Source: a virus
Taxonomy: Duplodnaviria > Caudoviricetes
Virus record (IMG/VR): IMGVR_UViG_3300033075_000403
Span: 1-64,000 of that record
Strand: one strand, 5' to 3'
DNA length: 64,000 bases
Shown: in pieces, positions 24,530 through 34,720 of the stretch
Position numbering within the stretch: the stretch's first letter is position 1
Layout of the letters: each line of letters opens with the position of its first letter
Notes under the pieces: generated by a model
Told to the model about the DNA's origin: nothing
What the model saw: only the letters and a program-made list of their open reading frames with translations
The model's database searches: none
Made by a program: the position numbers and the translations under genes

Positions 24530-26218
24530 ATGTCGGACACGAACGGTAATACACCAGAGCGATTTGAGATCCCTTCCGAATTTCGGGAGATGGTTCACAA
24601 CGCCTATGTCACTCGTCAAGAACTGCTCACGAAGCTCGGTGATCCACGCCGGAACATCGAGGATGAGTGTGGTTTCCCCGACCTGCATCTCAACATCGAC
24701 GCATGGGCGTGCCAGCGATTGTTCGACCGTGACCCCTTCGCCGGGCGTGTCGTGGACATTCTTCCCAAGGAAACGTGGAAGGTTCACCCCGTCGTTCACG
24801 AAGACCTGACTTCCGGTGAGGTCACGGAGTTTGAGGAAGCGTGGAGCGATTTGTGCCAGGGTGTCAGTGTGGACCCTTCGTGGCATCGTGACGATCAGGC
24901 GTCCATCCTCTACGACTACTTCAAGCGTCTCGACATCATCTCCGGTATCGGTCGCTACGGCGTGATGCTTCTGGGGTTCGATGACGGCATGCCCCTGGAT
25001 CAACCGTTGCCGGGGTTTCAGGAAAACAACTCCTTCGCCTACGCCAACCCTTCGCTCAATCAAGAGCATTTGCCCAAGGACTTCGTGGTCAACACGGAAG
25101 CCCCACCCACCCCTGCACAGATGATGGCGAAGCCGTACCGTCTCACCGTCAACGCCAGCGTACAAAAGCTGAATCTCGCCTACCTCCGAGTGTTTGGTGA
25201 GACGACGGCACAGATCACGCGATTCGAGGCCAATCCCACCTCGCCTCGACATGGCATGCCTGTGGAGTACTTGCTGACGCTGGTGGATGCACGCGACTCC
25301 ACGGGAACGACTGCGGTGGGGGTAGGACCATCCACGGCACGGGTCCACTGGTCGCGGGTGATCCATGTTGCGGACAATCGGCAGTCGTCCGAAGTGTTCG
25401 GCATGCCTCGCATGCAACCCTTGTGGAACAACCTTCAGAGCTTGCGGAAGATCGTACACGGGTCGGGGGAGATGTACTGGAAGGGGGCCTTCCCCGGCCT
25501 GAGCATTGAGACGCATCCCTCGCTGGGAGCGGAAGTGACCATCGACGCGGTGGGCGCGCGTACGGCGATGGAACAGTACATGAACGGACTCCAGCGGTAT
25601 CTCGCCCTCCCCGGCGTCACCGCGAAGTCTCTGGCCCCTCAGATCAGTGACCCCACGAACTTCATGAACGCGCAGGTGGAAGCCCTCTGCGTGCGTCTGG
25701 GATGCCCGGTACGTATCTTCGTGGGTAACGAGTCGGGGGAGAAGGCATCGGGTCAGGATGAGCGTGGATGGGAAGGTCGTGTCATCGAACGCCGCAACGG
25801 TTACGCCACCTGTCAGATCATGGCACCCTTCGTAGACCGCATGATTTTGCTGGGTGTGTTGCCTGAGCCGGTGACGGGGTATACGATCACCTGGCCGGAC
25901 AGCACCAGCCCCACTGAGGATGACAAGGCGAACGTGGCGACGAAGTGGGCCAACGCCATGAGCATCTACGTCACAGCGGGTCTGGACGGCATGATGGCAC
26001 CGAAGGACTTCCTGGTGACGTACATGGGCTTCGACGCGGACGAGGCCGCCACGATCCTCGACAACAGCCTGGAATGGCAGACCGAGTACGAGGAACCGCT
26101 GGCTGCTTTCGGGCAACAAGTCCCCGGTAATCTCAAGAACCCTGTGGCGACGGACTCGGAAGGCAACCCTGCCAAGCCGGGGCAGACACTCGATCAGGCG
26201 CAGGGTGGACAAACGTAA
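24530..26218 (+). CDS. Portal protein (DUF1073-like)
   Basis: Size and position; GRVVDILPKE, SGIGRYGVM, IHWSRVIH...G.PR motifs. Confidence 0.85.
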   Translation: MSDTNGNTPERFEIPSEFREMVHNAYVTRQELLTKLGDPRRNIEDECGFPDLHLNIDAWACQRLFDRDPFAGRVVDILPKETWKVHPVVHEDLTSGEVTEFEEAWSDLCQGVSVDPSWHRDDQASILYDYFKRLDIISGIGRYGVMLLGFDDGMPLDQPLPGFQENNSFAYANPSLNQEHLPKDFVVNTEAPPTPAQMMAKPYRLTVNASVQKLNLAYLRVFGETTAQITRFEANPTSPRHGMPVEYLLTLVDARDSTGTTAVGVGPSTARVHWSRVIHVADNRQSSEVFGMPRMQPLWNNLQSLRKIVHGSGEMYWKGAFPGLSIETHPSLGAEVTIDAVGARTAMEQYMNGLQRYLALPGVTAKSLAPQISDPTNFMNAQVEALCVRLGCPVRIFVGNESGEKASGQDERGWEGRVIERRNGYATCQIMAPFVDRMILLGVLPEPVTGYTITWPDSTSPTEDDKANVATKWANAMSIYVTAGLDGMMAPKDFLVTYMGFDADEAATILDNSLEWQTEYEEPLAAFGQQVPGNLKNPVATDSEGNPAKPGQTLDQAQGGQT

Positions 26219-26266
26219 AAAACGTGGTAAACTCTCTATCTGGTTAAAACGACACAGGAGGGAGTT

Positions 26267-27052
26267 ATGCCGAAAATTGGAGAGACAGGACTTCCGATCA
26301 ACCGCATCGTGTGTGGGGACAACGTGGAGGTGATGAAGACGCTGCCGAAGGAGTGTATCGACTTGGTGGTTACATCGCCACCCTACGATAATCTGAGAAC
26401 CTACGGTGGACATTCGTGGGACTTCAAGGGGGTGGCCGAGCAGTTGACGCGGGTGTTAAAGCCTGGAGGGGTGATCGTCTGGGTGGTGGCGGACGCGACG
26501 GTGGATGGGAGCGAAACACTCACCAGCATGCGTCAGGCAATCCACTTCAAAGACGTGTGCGGTTTTCGTGTGCATGACACGATGATCTGGGAGAAAACGG
26601 GAAGCGGAGGTATTGGGTCGAACCTTTGTTACGCACAGAACTACGAGTTCTCCTTCATTTTCTCCAAGGGCAAACCGAGCAGGATCAACCTTATCGAAGA
26701 TCGTGAGAATGTCATCAAGGCTGGAAAAGTGAAAGTCAACGGCGGTATCGGTAAGGACGGTAAATCAGCGGACGCAAGAGTAGTGGAGAGGAAACCTGTC
26801 GGCAAGCGGACCAACATCTGGAGAATCGCAACACAGAAGAACAGCGAGCATCCCGCCCCGTTCCCCGAACAACTCGCGCACGACCACATCGTGTCGTGGT
26901 CCAGCGAGGGGGACGTGGTGCTGGACCCTTTCAGCGGCAGCGGAACCACAGCGAAGATGGCGATGCTCGCGAATCGGAAGTACATCGGGATTGAAGTGAA
27001 CGAGGAATACTGCCGAATCGCAGAAACGCGGCTTTTACAGGCGAAACTATGA
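26267..27052 (+). CDS. Beta-class N4C/N6A DNA methyltransferase
   Basis: TSPPY; HPAPFP; LDPFSGSGTT. Confidence 0.92.
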   Translation: MPKIGETGLPINRIVCGDNVEVMKTLPKECIDLVVTSPPYDNLRTYGGHSWDFKGVAEQLTRVLKPGGVIVWVVADATVDGSETLTSMRQAIHFKDVCGFRVHDTMIWEKTGSGGIGSNLCYAQNYEFSFIFSKGKPSRINLIEDRENVIKAGKVKVNGGIGKDGKSADARVVERKPVGKRTNIWRIATQKNSEHPAPFPEQLAHDHIVSWSSEGDVVLDPFSGSGTTAKMAMLANRKYIGIEVNEEYCRIAETRLLQAKL

Positions 27053-28044
27053 TCCGTCGTGACCCTACCTTCAACCCTCTACTGTCAGACCCCACGCGAA
27101 CTACGTTCCTGCGCAAGCGGGCCAAGGGTACACTACGCAAGGCGATTCGTGCAGCATTCAAAGCCATGCGCGACATGCTTGCGGGACACGCCACGACCAT
27201 CCCCGTGATGAACGTGTTCTGTCCTGGTGGGAAGGGGTCGGGGAAGAACCCTCACTGCGTCACCACGGGTAGCACCGTGCAGGCAGGTGACTCCACCAAG
27301 CAGGCGTTACAGGCCAAGCAAGCCCGCATCCTCCGTCAGAAGCGTATTCTGAAGTCAGGGCAGACTCGTGCGACAAAGCAGCGGGGATACCGCAAGGGTG
27401 TGAAGGACAGTCCATCCATCTACTCCCCGGCGAAGCAAGGCACTCTGGACTCCGTGGCCAACGCCTTCAATCCTCTGTCGATCTTTGGATCGGTGAAGGA
27501 TGTCCTCAAGGACTTGATGAAGCGGGTACTGCCCTCCGGTGGTTGGTGGAAGAAGTTGCTCGATCTGGTGTACCGTCGTGGCTATGGTGGAACCAAGGCA
27601 CCTCGCAGCAAGGGTCCGTTCCTTGAAGTTGATCCTCCCAAGTTGGAGAAGACTGCCGAGGAACTTGCCAGGCGTGCGATGGAAGACATCGACAACGTGG
27701 CCACCGACATCGCCACCAAGGTAGGGCGTGCAGTGGACGACGCCCAGCGGAAGAACGACCCCAAGGGTCTTGAGAAGGCGATCAACGAAATCGAGAAAGT
27801 CGCCAACAAGCGCGCCGAGATGGTGGTGGACGACGCCGTGGTGCGTACCAATGCGGAGAGCCAGCTGGACGGACATGAAGCCGCCGGCGTGACTCAGGTG
27901 GAAGCGCGCGTGGAGTGGATCACGATGGTGGGAGCGTGTCCTGCCTGTGCTTCCATGCAGGGTAAAATCTTTCCACTGGAAGCAGCGCGTGGTCTGATTC
28001 CAGCGCATCCTCTCTGCCGCTGTGCGTGGCGTGCCGTTTCCTGA
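27049..28044 (+). CDS. Head morphogenesis protein (SPP1 gp7 / Mu gpF family)
   Basis: C-terminal CPAC...IPAHPLCRC. Confidence 0.85.
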   Translation: MIRRDPTFNPLLSDPTRTTFLRKRAKGTLRKAIRAAFKAMRDMLAGHATTIPVMNVFCPGGKGSGKNPHCVTTGSTVQAGDSTKQALQAKQARILRQKRILKSGQTRATKQRGYRKGVKDSPSIYSPAKQGTLDSVANAFNPLSIFGSVKDVLKDLMKRVLPSGGWWKKLLDLVYRRGYGGTKAPRSKGPFLEVDPPKLEKTAEELARRAMEDIDNVATDIATKVGRAVDDAQRKNDPKGLEKAINEIEKVANKRAEMVVDDAVVRTNAESQLDGHEAAGVTQVEARVEWITMVGACPACASMQGKIFPLEAARGLIPAHPLCRCAWRAVS

Positions 28045-28057
28045 ACCGAGGTGTCCT

Positions 28058-28615
28058 GTGCCTTGCTTTGAAGACGTGTATGAATCGCTTCCCGCTGATG
28101 GGTGGTTGACCAAGGATGAGGCACAACTTCTCTACGAGACGGTGGAATCCATCACATCTGCGGGTACGATTCTCGAAGTTGGAGCATTCAAGGGGCGTTC
28201 TACGGCCCTGCTCGCCTCTTTCGGCAGGTTAGTGCATGTGGTAGACCCGTTCGAGGGGTTCAGCACGGAAGACCCAACGGGGATCGAAACACGAAACCTC
28301 TTTCTCCGCAACATGGATGATCGCGGATTGATGAACAGTGTGTGTCTCTGGTCCACCCGCATCGAGGACTTCAACCTCGACATCGTGAAGAAATGCGTCA
28401 TGGCTTATCTGGACGGGGACCACACCCGCAAGGGAACCGAGGCGCAAATCAACACTGCCTTGAAACTCAACGCCCAGGTGATCGCAGTTCATGATGTGAA
28501 CGATGAAGGGGACGGCCTTCAGATCAAGCAGGCGTGCCTCGAACGGCTGGGTCCGTGGACCAAACGAGTCGGACGGTTGGCGGTGTGGGATCGACGGATT
28601 AAACTACGCTCTTGA
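28058..28615 (+). CDS. Class I SAM methyltransferase (Methyltransf_24-like)
   Basis: LEVGAFKGRST; YLDGDHT; VHD. Confidence 0.85.
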   Translation: MPCFEDVYESLPADGWLTKDEAQLLYETVESITSAGTILEVGAFKGRSTALLASFGRLVHVVDPFEGFSTEDPTGIETRNLFLRNMDDRGLMNSVCLWSTRIEDFNLDIVKKCVMAYLDGDHTRKGTEAQINTALKLNAQVIAVHDVNDEGDGLQIKQACLERLGPWTKRVGRLAVWDRRIKLRS

Positions 28616-28629
28616 GGTGCTACTTGCTG

Positions 28630-28884
28630 ATGACCGTGGAAAAACTAACCGCCACAGAGCGCCGCCTGTTTCAGATGTTCTCAGACGGGGAACCGCATAC
28701 CAAGGCGGAACTCATCACCTGTCTGAACGACGAACTGGCGGATTGTCACGCCATGCAACTCCATCTCACGCGCATGCGTCCCAAGATCCGCGAACAGGGT
28801 TTGCTCGTCGTTACGCAGTACATCAGCGGGCGTGTTCACTACCGCATGGTACGCGCCATCAATGTGTCTCCGAACTGCGAGTAG
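28630..28884 (+). CDS. Winged-helix DNA-binding protein (OmpR C-terminal-like)
   Basis: LTATERRLFQMF...LQLHLTRMRPKI pattern. Confidence 0.65.
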   Translation: MTVEKLTATERRLFQMFSDGEPHTKAELITCLNDELADCHAMQLHLTRMRPKIREQGLLVVTQYISGRVHYRMVRAINVSPNCE

Positions 28885-28946
28885 TATGATTCTCAATTTG
28901 ATGACATAGGTTTACACGTCTGTCTCCATCCGATACACTTCTCGGC

Positions 28947-30236
28947 ATGGAGATTCTCACTTCACCACTGGCCAACGCTTCTGCTCGTCGTGAGACGATG
29001 CACGGTAGAAACTACATCGTCGCACCGATGTCGTTGATCGTGCCGGGTGTCCTCAACGGCAGCATGGGTCCGCTGTTCTACCCACCGGAGGAAACCGCCT
29101 CCAGTGCGGACTCATGGAACGGTATGCCCATCGTGGTCTATCATCCCCGTAAGGATGGCCGTCATGTCTCGGCGCGCAGTCCGCAGGTGATGGTGGAGTC
29201 GAACATCGGCACGGTCTACAACGCCACCTTCGACCGCAAGCTCGGTGCGGAGGGCTGGTTCGACGAGGAACTGGTCAAGAACGCCGACCGTGGCTTGCCC
29301 GACAAGGCGAAGATCCTCCCTCGTCTGCTCAAGGGGGAACCGATTGAACTCTCCACGGGGCTGTTCACCGAGAACGAGTCTGCCCCTCCCGGTTCCGTTT
29401 TCAACGGACAACAGTACACGCACGTCGCACGCAAGTACCGTCCCGACCATCTCGCCGTGCTTCCCGATCTGCCGGGCGCTTGCTCGATTGCAGACGGGTG
29501 TGGTGTCATGGTCAACGCGAAGACGGACTCTTGCGGAGACACCTGTGATTGCACCGCCTGTACCCATCAACGAACCATGAAACCCTCCAAGGGAGATGCC
29601 ACGATGAACGAGCGTGAGAAGGCGGTCGAGTTTCTCGTCGCCAACTGCGATTGCTGGAAGGACGCCGAGGGCAAGACGACCCTGAACGCTCTTTCCACTG
29701 AGAAGGTGCTGGCTCTCAAGGCCGACGCCGAAAAGAAAATCCCCGTCGCCAACACGACCTCCACCGCTTCCACTTCCGCTGTGACCCCCGTGGTGGTCGC
29801 ACCCGTTGCCAAGCCTGCGGTCAACGCCTGTGCGGACAACGAAGACGGCGAAGTCACTGGCAGTAAGAAGAAGAAGGCCACCATGAACGAGTGGATGGCG
29901 TCAGCTCCCCCCGAAGTCCAGGTTGCGGTCAACACCGCGCTGGAACTCGTCAACGCGGAGAAGGCCAACCTCATCGCCAATCTCACCGCGAACGTGGCCG
30001 ACACGATCAAGGCATCACTTGCCACCCAGCTTTCCGGGTACGGCGTGCCAGAACTCCGCAACCTGCTCGCCCTGCGTGGTCAGGTCCAGAACGCTCAGTC
30101 GGTTATCCCCGAATTCAACGGCATGCGTCCGGCCATCTACGCACCGGCAACCGCTGGCGGCGTGGTCAACAACAGCAACGATCCCGTCGAAGAGGGTCCG
30201 GCTCCTCCGACCATCAATTGGAAGGCGTCGGCGTAA
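28947..30236 (+). CDS. Prohead protease / scaffold (DUF2213-like)
   Basis: WNGMPIVVYHP, ELSTG, PDHLAVL...GACS; low-complexity scaffold-like C-terminus. Confidence 0.85.
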   Translation: MEILTSPLANASARRETMHGRNYIVAPMSLIVPGVLNGSMGPLFYPPEETASSADSWNGMPIVVYHPRKDGRHVSARSPQVMVESNIGTVYNATFDRKLGAEGWFDEELVKNADRGLPDKAKILPRLLKGEPIELSTGLFTENESAPPGSVFNGQQYTHVARKYRPDHLAVLPDLPGACSIADGCGVMVNAKTDSCGDTCDCTACTHQRTMKPSKGDATMNEREKAVEFLVANCDCWKDAEGKTTLNALSTEKVLALKADAEKKIPVANTTSTASTSAVTPVVVAPVAKPAVNACADNEDGEVTGSKKKKATMNEWMASAPPEVQVAVNTALELVNAEKANLIANLTANVADTIKASLATQLSGYGVPELRNLLALRGQVQNAQSVIPEFNGMRPAIYAPATAGGVVNNSNDPVEEGPAPPTINWKASA

Positions 30237-30275
30237 CCAGTTCCACACACCACCTTGCTTCGGCAGGAGAATCAC

Positions 30276-30779
30276 ATGAAGGGCAGCAAGATCATCGTCA
30301 CGGCGGACCCCAAGGGTCAGTTTGACGAAGGGTACGTCAACACGGGGGAGACTTTCTACCCCGGTATCTGCGTTCAGCGCGACGCAACTCAGTCAACGGT
30401 AGGCGGTCGCTTCGTCTACAAGCTCTACGCTCCCGGCACGGACGGCGAAAACCCGCTCGGTTCGTACTGGATCGTCACGGAGAAGATGGCAGTCCTTCAG
30501 GGATCGGCCATTGCCTCGTCCACCTCGTTCCCCAGCTTCGCGGCGGGTGCGCGGGTCGAAGTCTATAGCCCGCGTGCGGGTGAGGACATCAACCTCCTCA
30601 TCAAGAACCTTTCCGGCACCGGCGACGACCACACCAAGGGTGAAAAACTCATGGTGGACACCGGCACGGGCATGTTCATCGCCACCACCGGCTCCCCGGA
30701 AAGCGAACCGGCCCAGTTGCTCGAAACGCTGACCGACCCGACCGCTGACACGCTGGCGTGGTGCCAGTGGGCGCAGTAA
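30276..30779 (+). CDS. Head decoration / cement protein
   Basis: Position between protease and capsid genes; beta-rich. Confidence 0.65.
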   Translation: MKGSKIIVTADPKGQFDEGYVNTGETFYPGICVQRDATQSTVGGRFVYKLYAPGTDGENPLGSYWIVTEKMAVLQGSAIASSTSFPSFAAGARVEVYSPRAGEDINLLIKNLSGTGDDHTKGEKLMVDTGTGMFIATTGSPESEPAQLLETLTDPTADTLAWCQWAQ

Positions 30780-30827
30780 CCCGCCTGTCCTTCCTCCGAA
30801 CACAACTTCAAGCAAAGGGAAATCACG

Positions 30828-31991
30828 ATGTTCACGGATTTCGTCGAGAATGGACAGGCACACGGCGAGGCCGCGAACCTGCTCCAAGGCATGCGTTACG
30901 AACCCGGCCTGCTTCGCCCGTGGCGGGACAGTCGCGGTCGCACCTGCTTCACGGTCAACGTTGGGAAGAAGTGGACCGAGGGGCAGGAAGTCCCGATCTA
31001 CAAGTCCTACACCGCTGAACAGCTGGCCCAGCGTGGGGTGTACAGCCCCGTGGCCAACGCTCTCAGCATGACCAAGGACGCCTGGATCGAGCTGGACCGC
31101 CAAATCGTCAAGACGGCACGCCTCCGTCTGTTCGCCTACGCCGACCTCGCTTCGTACTCCAGCCGCAACATCGCGAACGCGATGGGCAAGACTACGCTGG
31201 AATACCAGGCGATGAACGACCCCGGCGAAGCCGTCGTGGACATGGACGCCATGACCGATGGCCGGGCCGACCGTCCGCTGTTCAACCTGAAGAGCATCCC
31301 CCTGCCGATCACGCACTCGGACTTCTGGTTCTCTGAGCGTGAACTGGCTTCCTCGCGCATGGGTGGTGCCCCCCTCGACTCCACGATGGGCGAAACCGCT
31401 GGCCGTCGCGTGGCCGAGATGATCGAGCGGACCACCATCGGTACGGAAACCGGCACCACCTTCGGGCCGAACTCCAGCACCGACACGCGGTACGCCAACA
31501 GCGCCAGCACCGTCTACGGGTACACCAACTTCCCGCAGCGGACCACGAAGACCGACCTGACCACCCCCACCGGCTCGAACCCGGAAGCCATCGTCCAGGA
31601 CATCCTGGAGATGATCGAGACGATGAACACGAACGCCTACTACGGGCCGTTCGTGCTGTACCACTCGACCTCGTACAGCCAGTACCTCAACTCGGACTAC
31701 TTCCGCACGGGTGGTACGCAGGTCAGCCAAACCGTCAAAGAGCGCATCATGAAGATCGACGGCATTGCCAAGGTGCAGCGCCTCGACTACCTGACCAGCG
31801 GCTACCAGATGATCCTGGTGCAGATGGGTAGCGATGTGGCTCAGGCTCTCGACGGCATGGGAATCACCACGGTCATGTGGCCCTCCCAAGGCGGCATGCG
31901 GACCAACTTCAAGGTCATGGCGATTCAGGTGCCGCTCCTCAAGAGCCAGTACAGCGGTACGACCGGCATCATCCACGGCACCACGTCGTGA
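30828..31991 (+). CDS. Major capsid protein (HK97 fold)
   Basis: 387 aa; position; strongly C-ending codon bias; followed by a terminator. Confidence 0.85.
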   Translation: MFTDFVENGQAHGEAANLLQGMRYEPGLLRPWRDSRGRTCFTVNVGKKWTEGQEVPIYKSYTAEQLAQRGVYSPVANALSMTKDAWIELDRQIVKTARLRLFAYADLASYSSRNIANAMGKTTLEYQAMNDPGEAVVDMDAMTDGRADRPLFNLKSIPLPITHSDFWFSERELASSRMGGAPLDSTMGETAGRRVAEMIERTTIGTETGTTFGPNSSTDTRYANSASTVYGYTNFPQRTTKTDLTTPTGSNPEAIVQDILEMIETMNTNAYYGPFVLYHSTSYSQYLNSDYFRTGGTQVSQTVKERIMKIDGIAKVQRLDYLTSGYQMILVQMGSDVAQALDGMGITTVMWPSQGGMRTNFKVMAIQVPLLKSQYSGTTGIIHGTTS

Positions 31992-32033
31992 TCCTGACGT
32001 AGTGCAAAACAAAGCGTCTCCATGATGGAGTAT

Positions 32034-32058
32034 GGGGGCAGGAAGCCCCCGCTTTTTT
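32034..32058 (+). terminator. Rho-independent terminator after the capsid gene
   Basis: GGGGGC-AGGAA-GCCCCC-GC-TTTTTT. Confidence 0.7.
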
Positions 32059-32083
32059 GAATCAACCCTTTTGGAGCAACACG

Positions 32084-32278
32084 ATGAAGTTCAGGCTACT
32101 GGAAGGCTTGCATGTGCAGGCAGGTAACGACGGGAAAAGCAAGACGTTTTCCCGTGGTGACATCGTTGAAAGCAAGATGGACCTTGCCAAGCGATTCGGA
32201 CGCGAGAAGTTCGATCCCGTCGTCTACGAAGCCCCACCGGAAGCACCCCCCAAGGGTGAGAATCCCCCGAAGAAGTAG
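32084..32278 (+). CDS. Small head-associated protein
   Basis: GGAG SD; position after the capsid gene. Confidence 0.6.
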   Translation: MKFRLLEGLHVQAGNDGKSKTFSRGDIVESKMDLAKRFGREKFDPVVYEAPPEAPPKGENPPKK

Positions 32279-32286
32279 GGTGACTC

Positions 32287-32724
32287 ATGGCGACTCGGAC
32301 GAATGCAGCACTGGTGAGGCAGGTTCTCCAGGATGACTACGGCACCACGGAGGCGGGAATCGAATCCCCCACCCTGGAACCGTTCATGCTGGCAGCGAAT
32401 CTCCTCACGACCCGCATGGCGTCCACCGCTGCTGCCAACGGGTTCACCCATACCACCGACGAGAAGAAATCCATCGAGACGTGGCTGTCCGCTCACTTCT
32501 ATGTGATGAGCGATCAGAACTACATCACGAAGAACACAGGTGGTGCGTCGGCCACGTTTCAGGGGAAGACTGCAATGCACCTGGAGGCCAGCAAGTACGG
32601 CCAGTCGGCGTGCATCATCGACGCCAGCGGCACACTACGAGCGATGGCCAAGGGTGGGATTGCTCGGATTCAGTGGCTCGGTTTACCCGTGAGTGGTCAG
32701 ACCGATTACGTTGACAGGGACTAA
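32287..32724 (+). CDS. Head-tail adaptor
   Basis: Position; WLSAH...SKYGQ...D.SG pattern. Confidence 0.7.
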   Translation: MATRTNAALVRQVLQDDYGTTEAGIESPTLEPFMLAANLLTTRMASTAAANGFTHTTDEKKSIETWLSAHFYVMSDQNYITKNTGGASATFQGKTAMHLEASKYGQSACIIDASGTLRAMAKGGIARIQWLGLPVSGQTDYVDRD

Positions 32725-32727
32725 TCC

Positions 32728-33099
32728 ATGCCTGCTCAGGAACGCCGAGAGCGATACCAGTGGGCGGTGTACTGGCCAGCAGATGGAACCCTGGACATCT
32801 ACGGTGAGGCAGTCCTTGGTGAACCAGAGGAAATCCGGTGCAGGTGGGTGGAGAAGCGGCATCAGGTGCCATCACTGACCAGTGAACCCGTGGCGGCAGA
32901 CGTTCAGCTCCACACCGACTTCGATGTACCCAACGGGAGTGTGTTCTGGAAGGGAAGGTTGGACGACTACTACGGCACGGGAAGCAGTGGGTTTGAATCC
33001 GTGACCTTCGTGGCCGTGGCTCGAAACGTGGTCCCCGACATCAAAGGACGTGCTACCCTCCGGTACACATCCCTCCAGCAGCAGCGAAAGAAGGCGTGA
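32728..33099 (+). CDS. Head closure protein
   Basis: Position and size. Confidence 0.6.
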   Translation: MPAQERRERYQWAVYWPADGTLDIYGEAVLGEPEEIRCRWVEKRHQVPSLTSEPVAADVQLHTDFDVPNGSVFWKGRLDDYYGTGSSGFESVTFVAVARNVVPDIKGRATLRYTSLQQQRKKA

Positions 33100-33100
33100 G

Positions 33101-33583
33101 ATGTTCAGTCCCAGGGTGATCGTCGAAGGGTTGGGAAACCTGTTCGGCAAGCTGTTTGGACTGGGCAAGAAGACGCAGGCCCCCGCGAACTACGTCGTCG
33201 GTTACTCCGCTCCCTACGCTCTCCGTGTCCATGAGGACATGATGTATGTTCACCCGATCCACGAATCTCACAAGGGCAGGCACAAGGAAGGGGACTTCTT
33301 TTCCATCGCGATCAACGACGGACTCTACGACTGCCACGGGGATGCGAAGTTCCTGGAGAAAGCGGCACGGGGGATGAAGAAGTTCGCGGCGTTCCGTCTA
33401 TCGTCGCTGATGACCAAGGGGATGACCCTTCAGGAAGCCAACCTCGTACTTGCTCACGATTTGCTCAAGGCGTCGAATCTCATCACTCCCGTACTGACGG
33501 GCAATCTGCGAGCCAGTGGTTTTGTGAAAGGGGACAATGGGATATGGGAGAACCTTTCAGCACGGGTGCCATCGGGTTCGTGA
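33101..33583 (+). CDS. Neck/tail completion protein (HK97 gp10-like)
   Basis: VGYSAPYALRVHE...AKFLEK; PVLTGNLRASG. Confidence 0.7.
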   Translation: MFSPRVIVEGLGNLFGKLFGLGKKTQAPANYVVGYSAPYALRVHEDMMYVHPIHESHKGRHKEGDFFSIAINDGLYDCHGDAKFLEKAARGMKKFAAFRLSSLMTKGMTLQEANLVLAHDLLKASNLITPVLTGNLRASGFVKGDNGIWENLSARVPSGS

Positions 33584-33759
33584 TTGGCGCGCTGGTAACG
33601 GCGGTGATCTTCCTTCTGGTGCAGAAACGACAGCCCTCACCTTCTTTCTCTCCCATGCTGGAAGAACCCGTTCAGACCGAGGAGGAGAAGGCGAAGATGG
33701 CAGAGGAGATCAAGAAGCTCTCAGGACGAATCAACGGCTCTCGAACCATGTGGGATTGA
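33544..33759 (+). CDS. Small single-TM protein
   Basis: AIGFVIGALVTAVIFLLV followed by a charged tail. Confidence 0.55.
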   Translation: MGEPFSTGAIGFVIGALVTAVIFLLVQKRQPSPSFSPMLEEPVQTEEEKAKMAEEIKKLSGRINGSRTMWD

Positions 33760-33760
33760 T

Positions 33761-34198
33761 GTGACGCATTCACAGGCGGAAATCGTGAGACAGTTGCTTG
33801 TGGATCTGGTACTGGGGTACGAACCCAACACCACGACCAGCTGGTCCGCATTCGCCTTCAAGGAACCACAGCAACCCGATAACTGCCTCAGTGTGTTCAA
33901 CACCCAGGGGATGAGCGATGGTAGGGCGATGATCGACGGGGAGTTGATGGACCATCTCGGCTTCCAGATTCGTTCCCGTGGGGTAGATGTCCCGACCATG
34001 CGTGCCAAACTCGCCGCCGTCCGAACGTCTCTTGCCGGTGTGTATCAGCGAACCGTGGTGATCGACTCCAGCTACTACCTGATTCAGTGTGTCTCGAACA
34101 TCGGCCAGATTCTTTACCTTGGTGACGAATCCCCGAACAGTAAGCGTCAACTTGGAACCCTGAACGCCACGCTCGCCGTGGACGAACTCCCCCTGTAA
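33761..34198 (+). CDS. Tail terminator
   Basis: Position before the tail tube; FQIRSRG motif. Confidence 0.7.
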   Translation: MTHSQAEIVRQLLVDLVLGYEPNTTTSWSAFAFKEPQQPDNCLSVFNTQGMSDGRAMIDGELMDHLGFQIRSRGVDVPTMRAKLAAVRTSLAGVYQRTVVIDSSYYLIQCVSNIGQILYLGDESPNSKRQLGTLNATLAVDELPL

Positions 34199-34216
34199 TA
34201 CCCAACGGAGAATCCA

Positions 34217-34693
34217 ATGGCGGCTCCTTCCCCAACGACTCGTGTATCCCCCGCTGGCATCAAGCTGAAGGACGGCTACCGTAGCCTCATCACCTTCTCG
34301 CTGGATTCCAACATCGACCTGTGGGAGAAGAAGGTCACTCCACCGGGTCTGGATGGTCGTGAAAAGATCAACCAGACGACGATGTGGAACGACGACTTCA
34401 TCACCTACGCTCCTCGGTCCCTCACGGACATGACGGACTCCTCGATGACCTGTGCCTACGATCCCGTGGCTTACACGCAGATCCAGGCCATTATCAACCG
34501 CGAGGGAACCGTCACGCAGACCTTCAGCGACGGCAGCACGCTCGCCTACTACGGCTACCTCCAGAAGTTCGAGCCGCAGGAGTTGGACGAGGGTACGCAG
34601 CCGGAAGCGAAAGTCACCATCGTCTGCACGAACTTTGACCCTGTGAACCATGTCGAAGCCGCACCCGTTCTCACCAGCGTGTCCGGCACCTAA
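34217..34693 (+). CDS. Major tail tube protein
   Basis: VTPPGLDG...I.QTTM...; position before the chaperones. Confidence 0.75.
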   Translation: MAAPSPTTRVSPAGIKLKDGYRSLITFSLDSNIDLWEKKVTPPGLDGREKINQTTMWNDDFITYAPRSLTDMTDSSMTCAYDPVAYTQIQAIINREGTVTQTFSDGSTLAYYGYLQKFEPQELDEGTQPEAKVTIVCTNFDPVNHVEAAPVLTSVSGT

Positions 34694-34720
34694 CCTTCCT
34701 CTTTCCACCGGAGCAACAAC

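Noticed and set aside
24530-26218. Anti-CBASS Acb1 (a label sometimes attached to DUF1073 proteins)
   Set aside because: Size and position between terminase and gp7-like genes indicate a portal; no 2H phosphoesterase HxT pair identified
24512-26413. 633-aa minus-strand ORF, and similar long antisense ORFs (30393..32012, 57932..59203, 60763..61491, 33770..34708)
   Set aside because: Shadow ORFs of high-GC, codon-biased genes on the other strand; no motifs or SDs
30828-31991. Encapsulin/bacteriocin-like shell gene
   Set aside because: Context (protease, decoration, adaptor, tail) shows an ordinary phage major capsid protein
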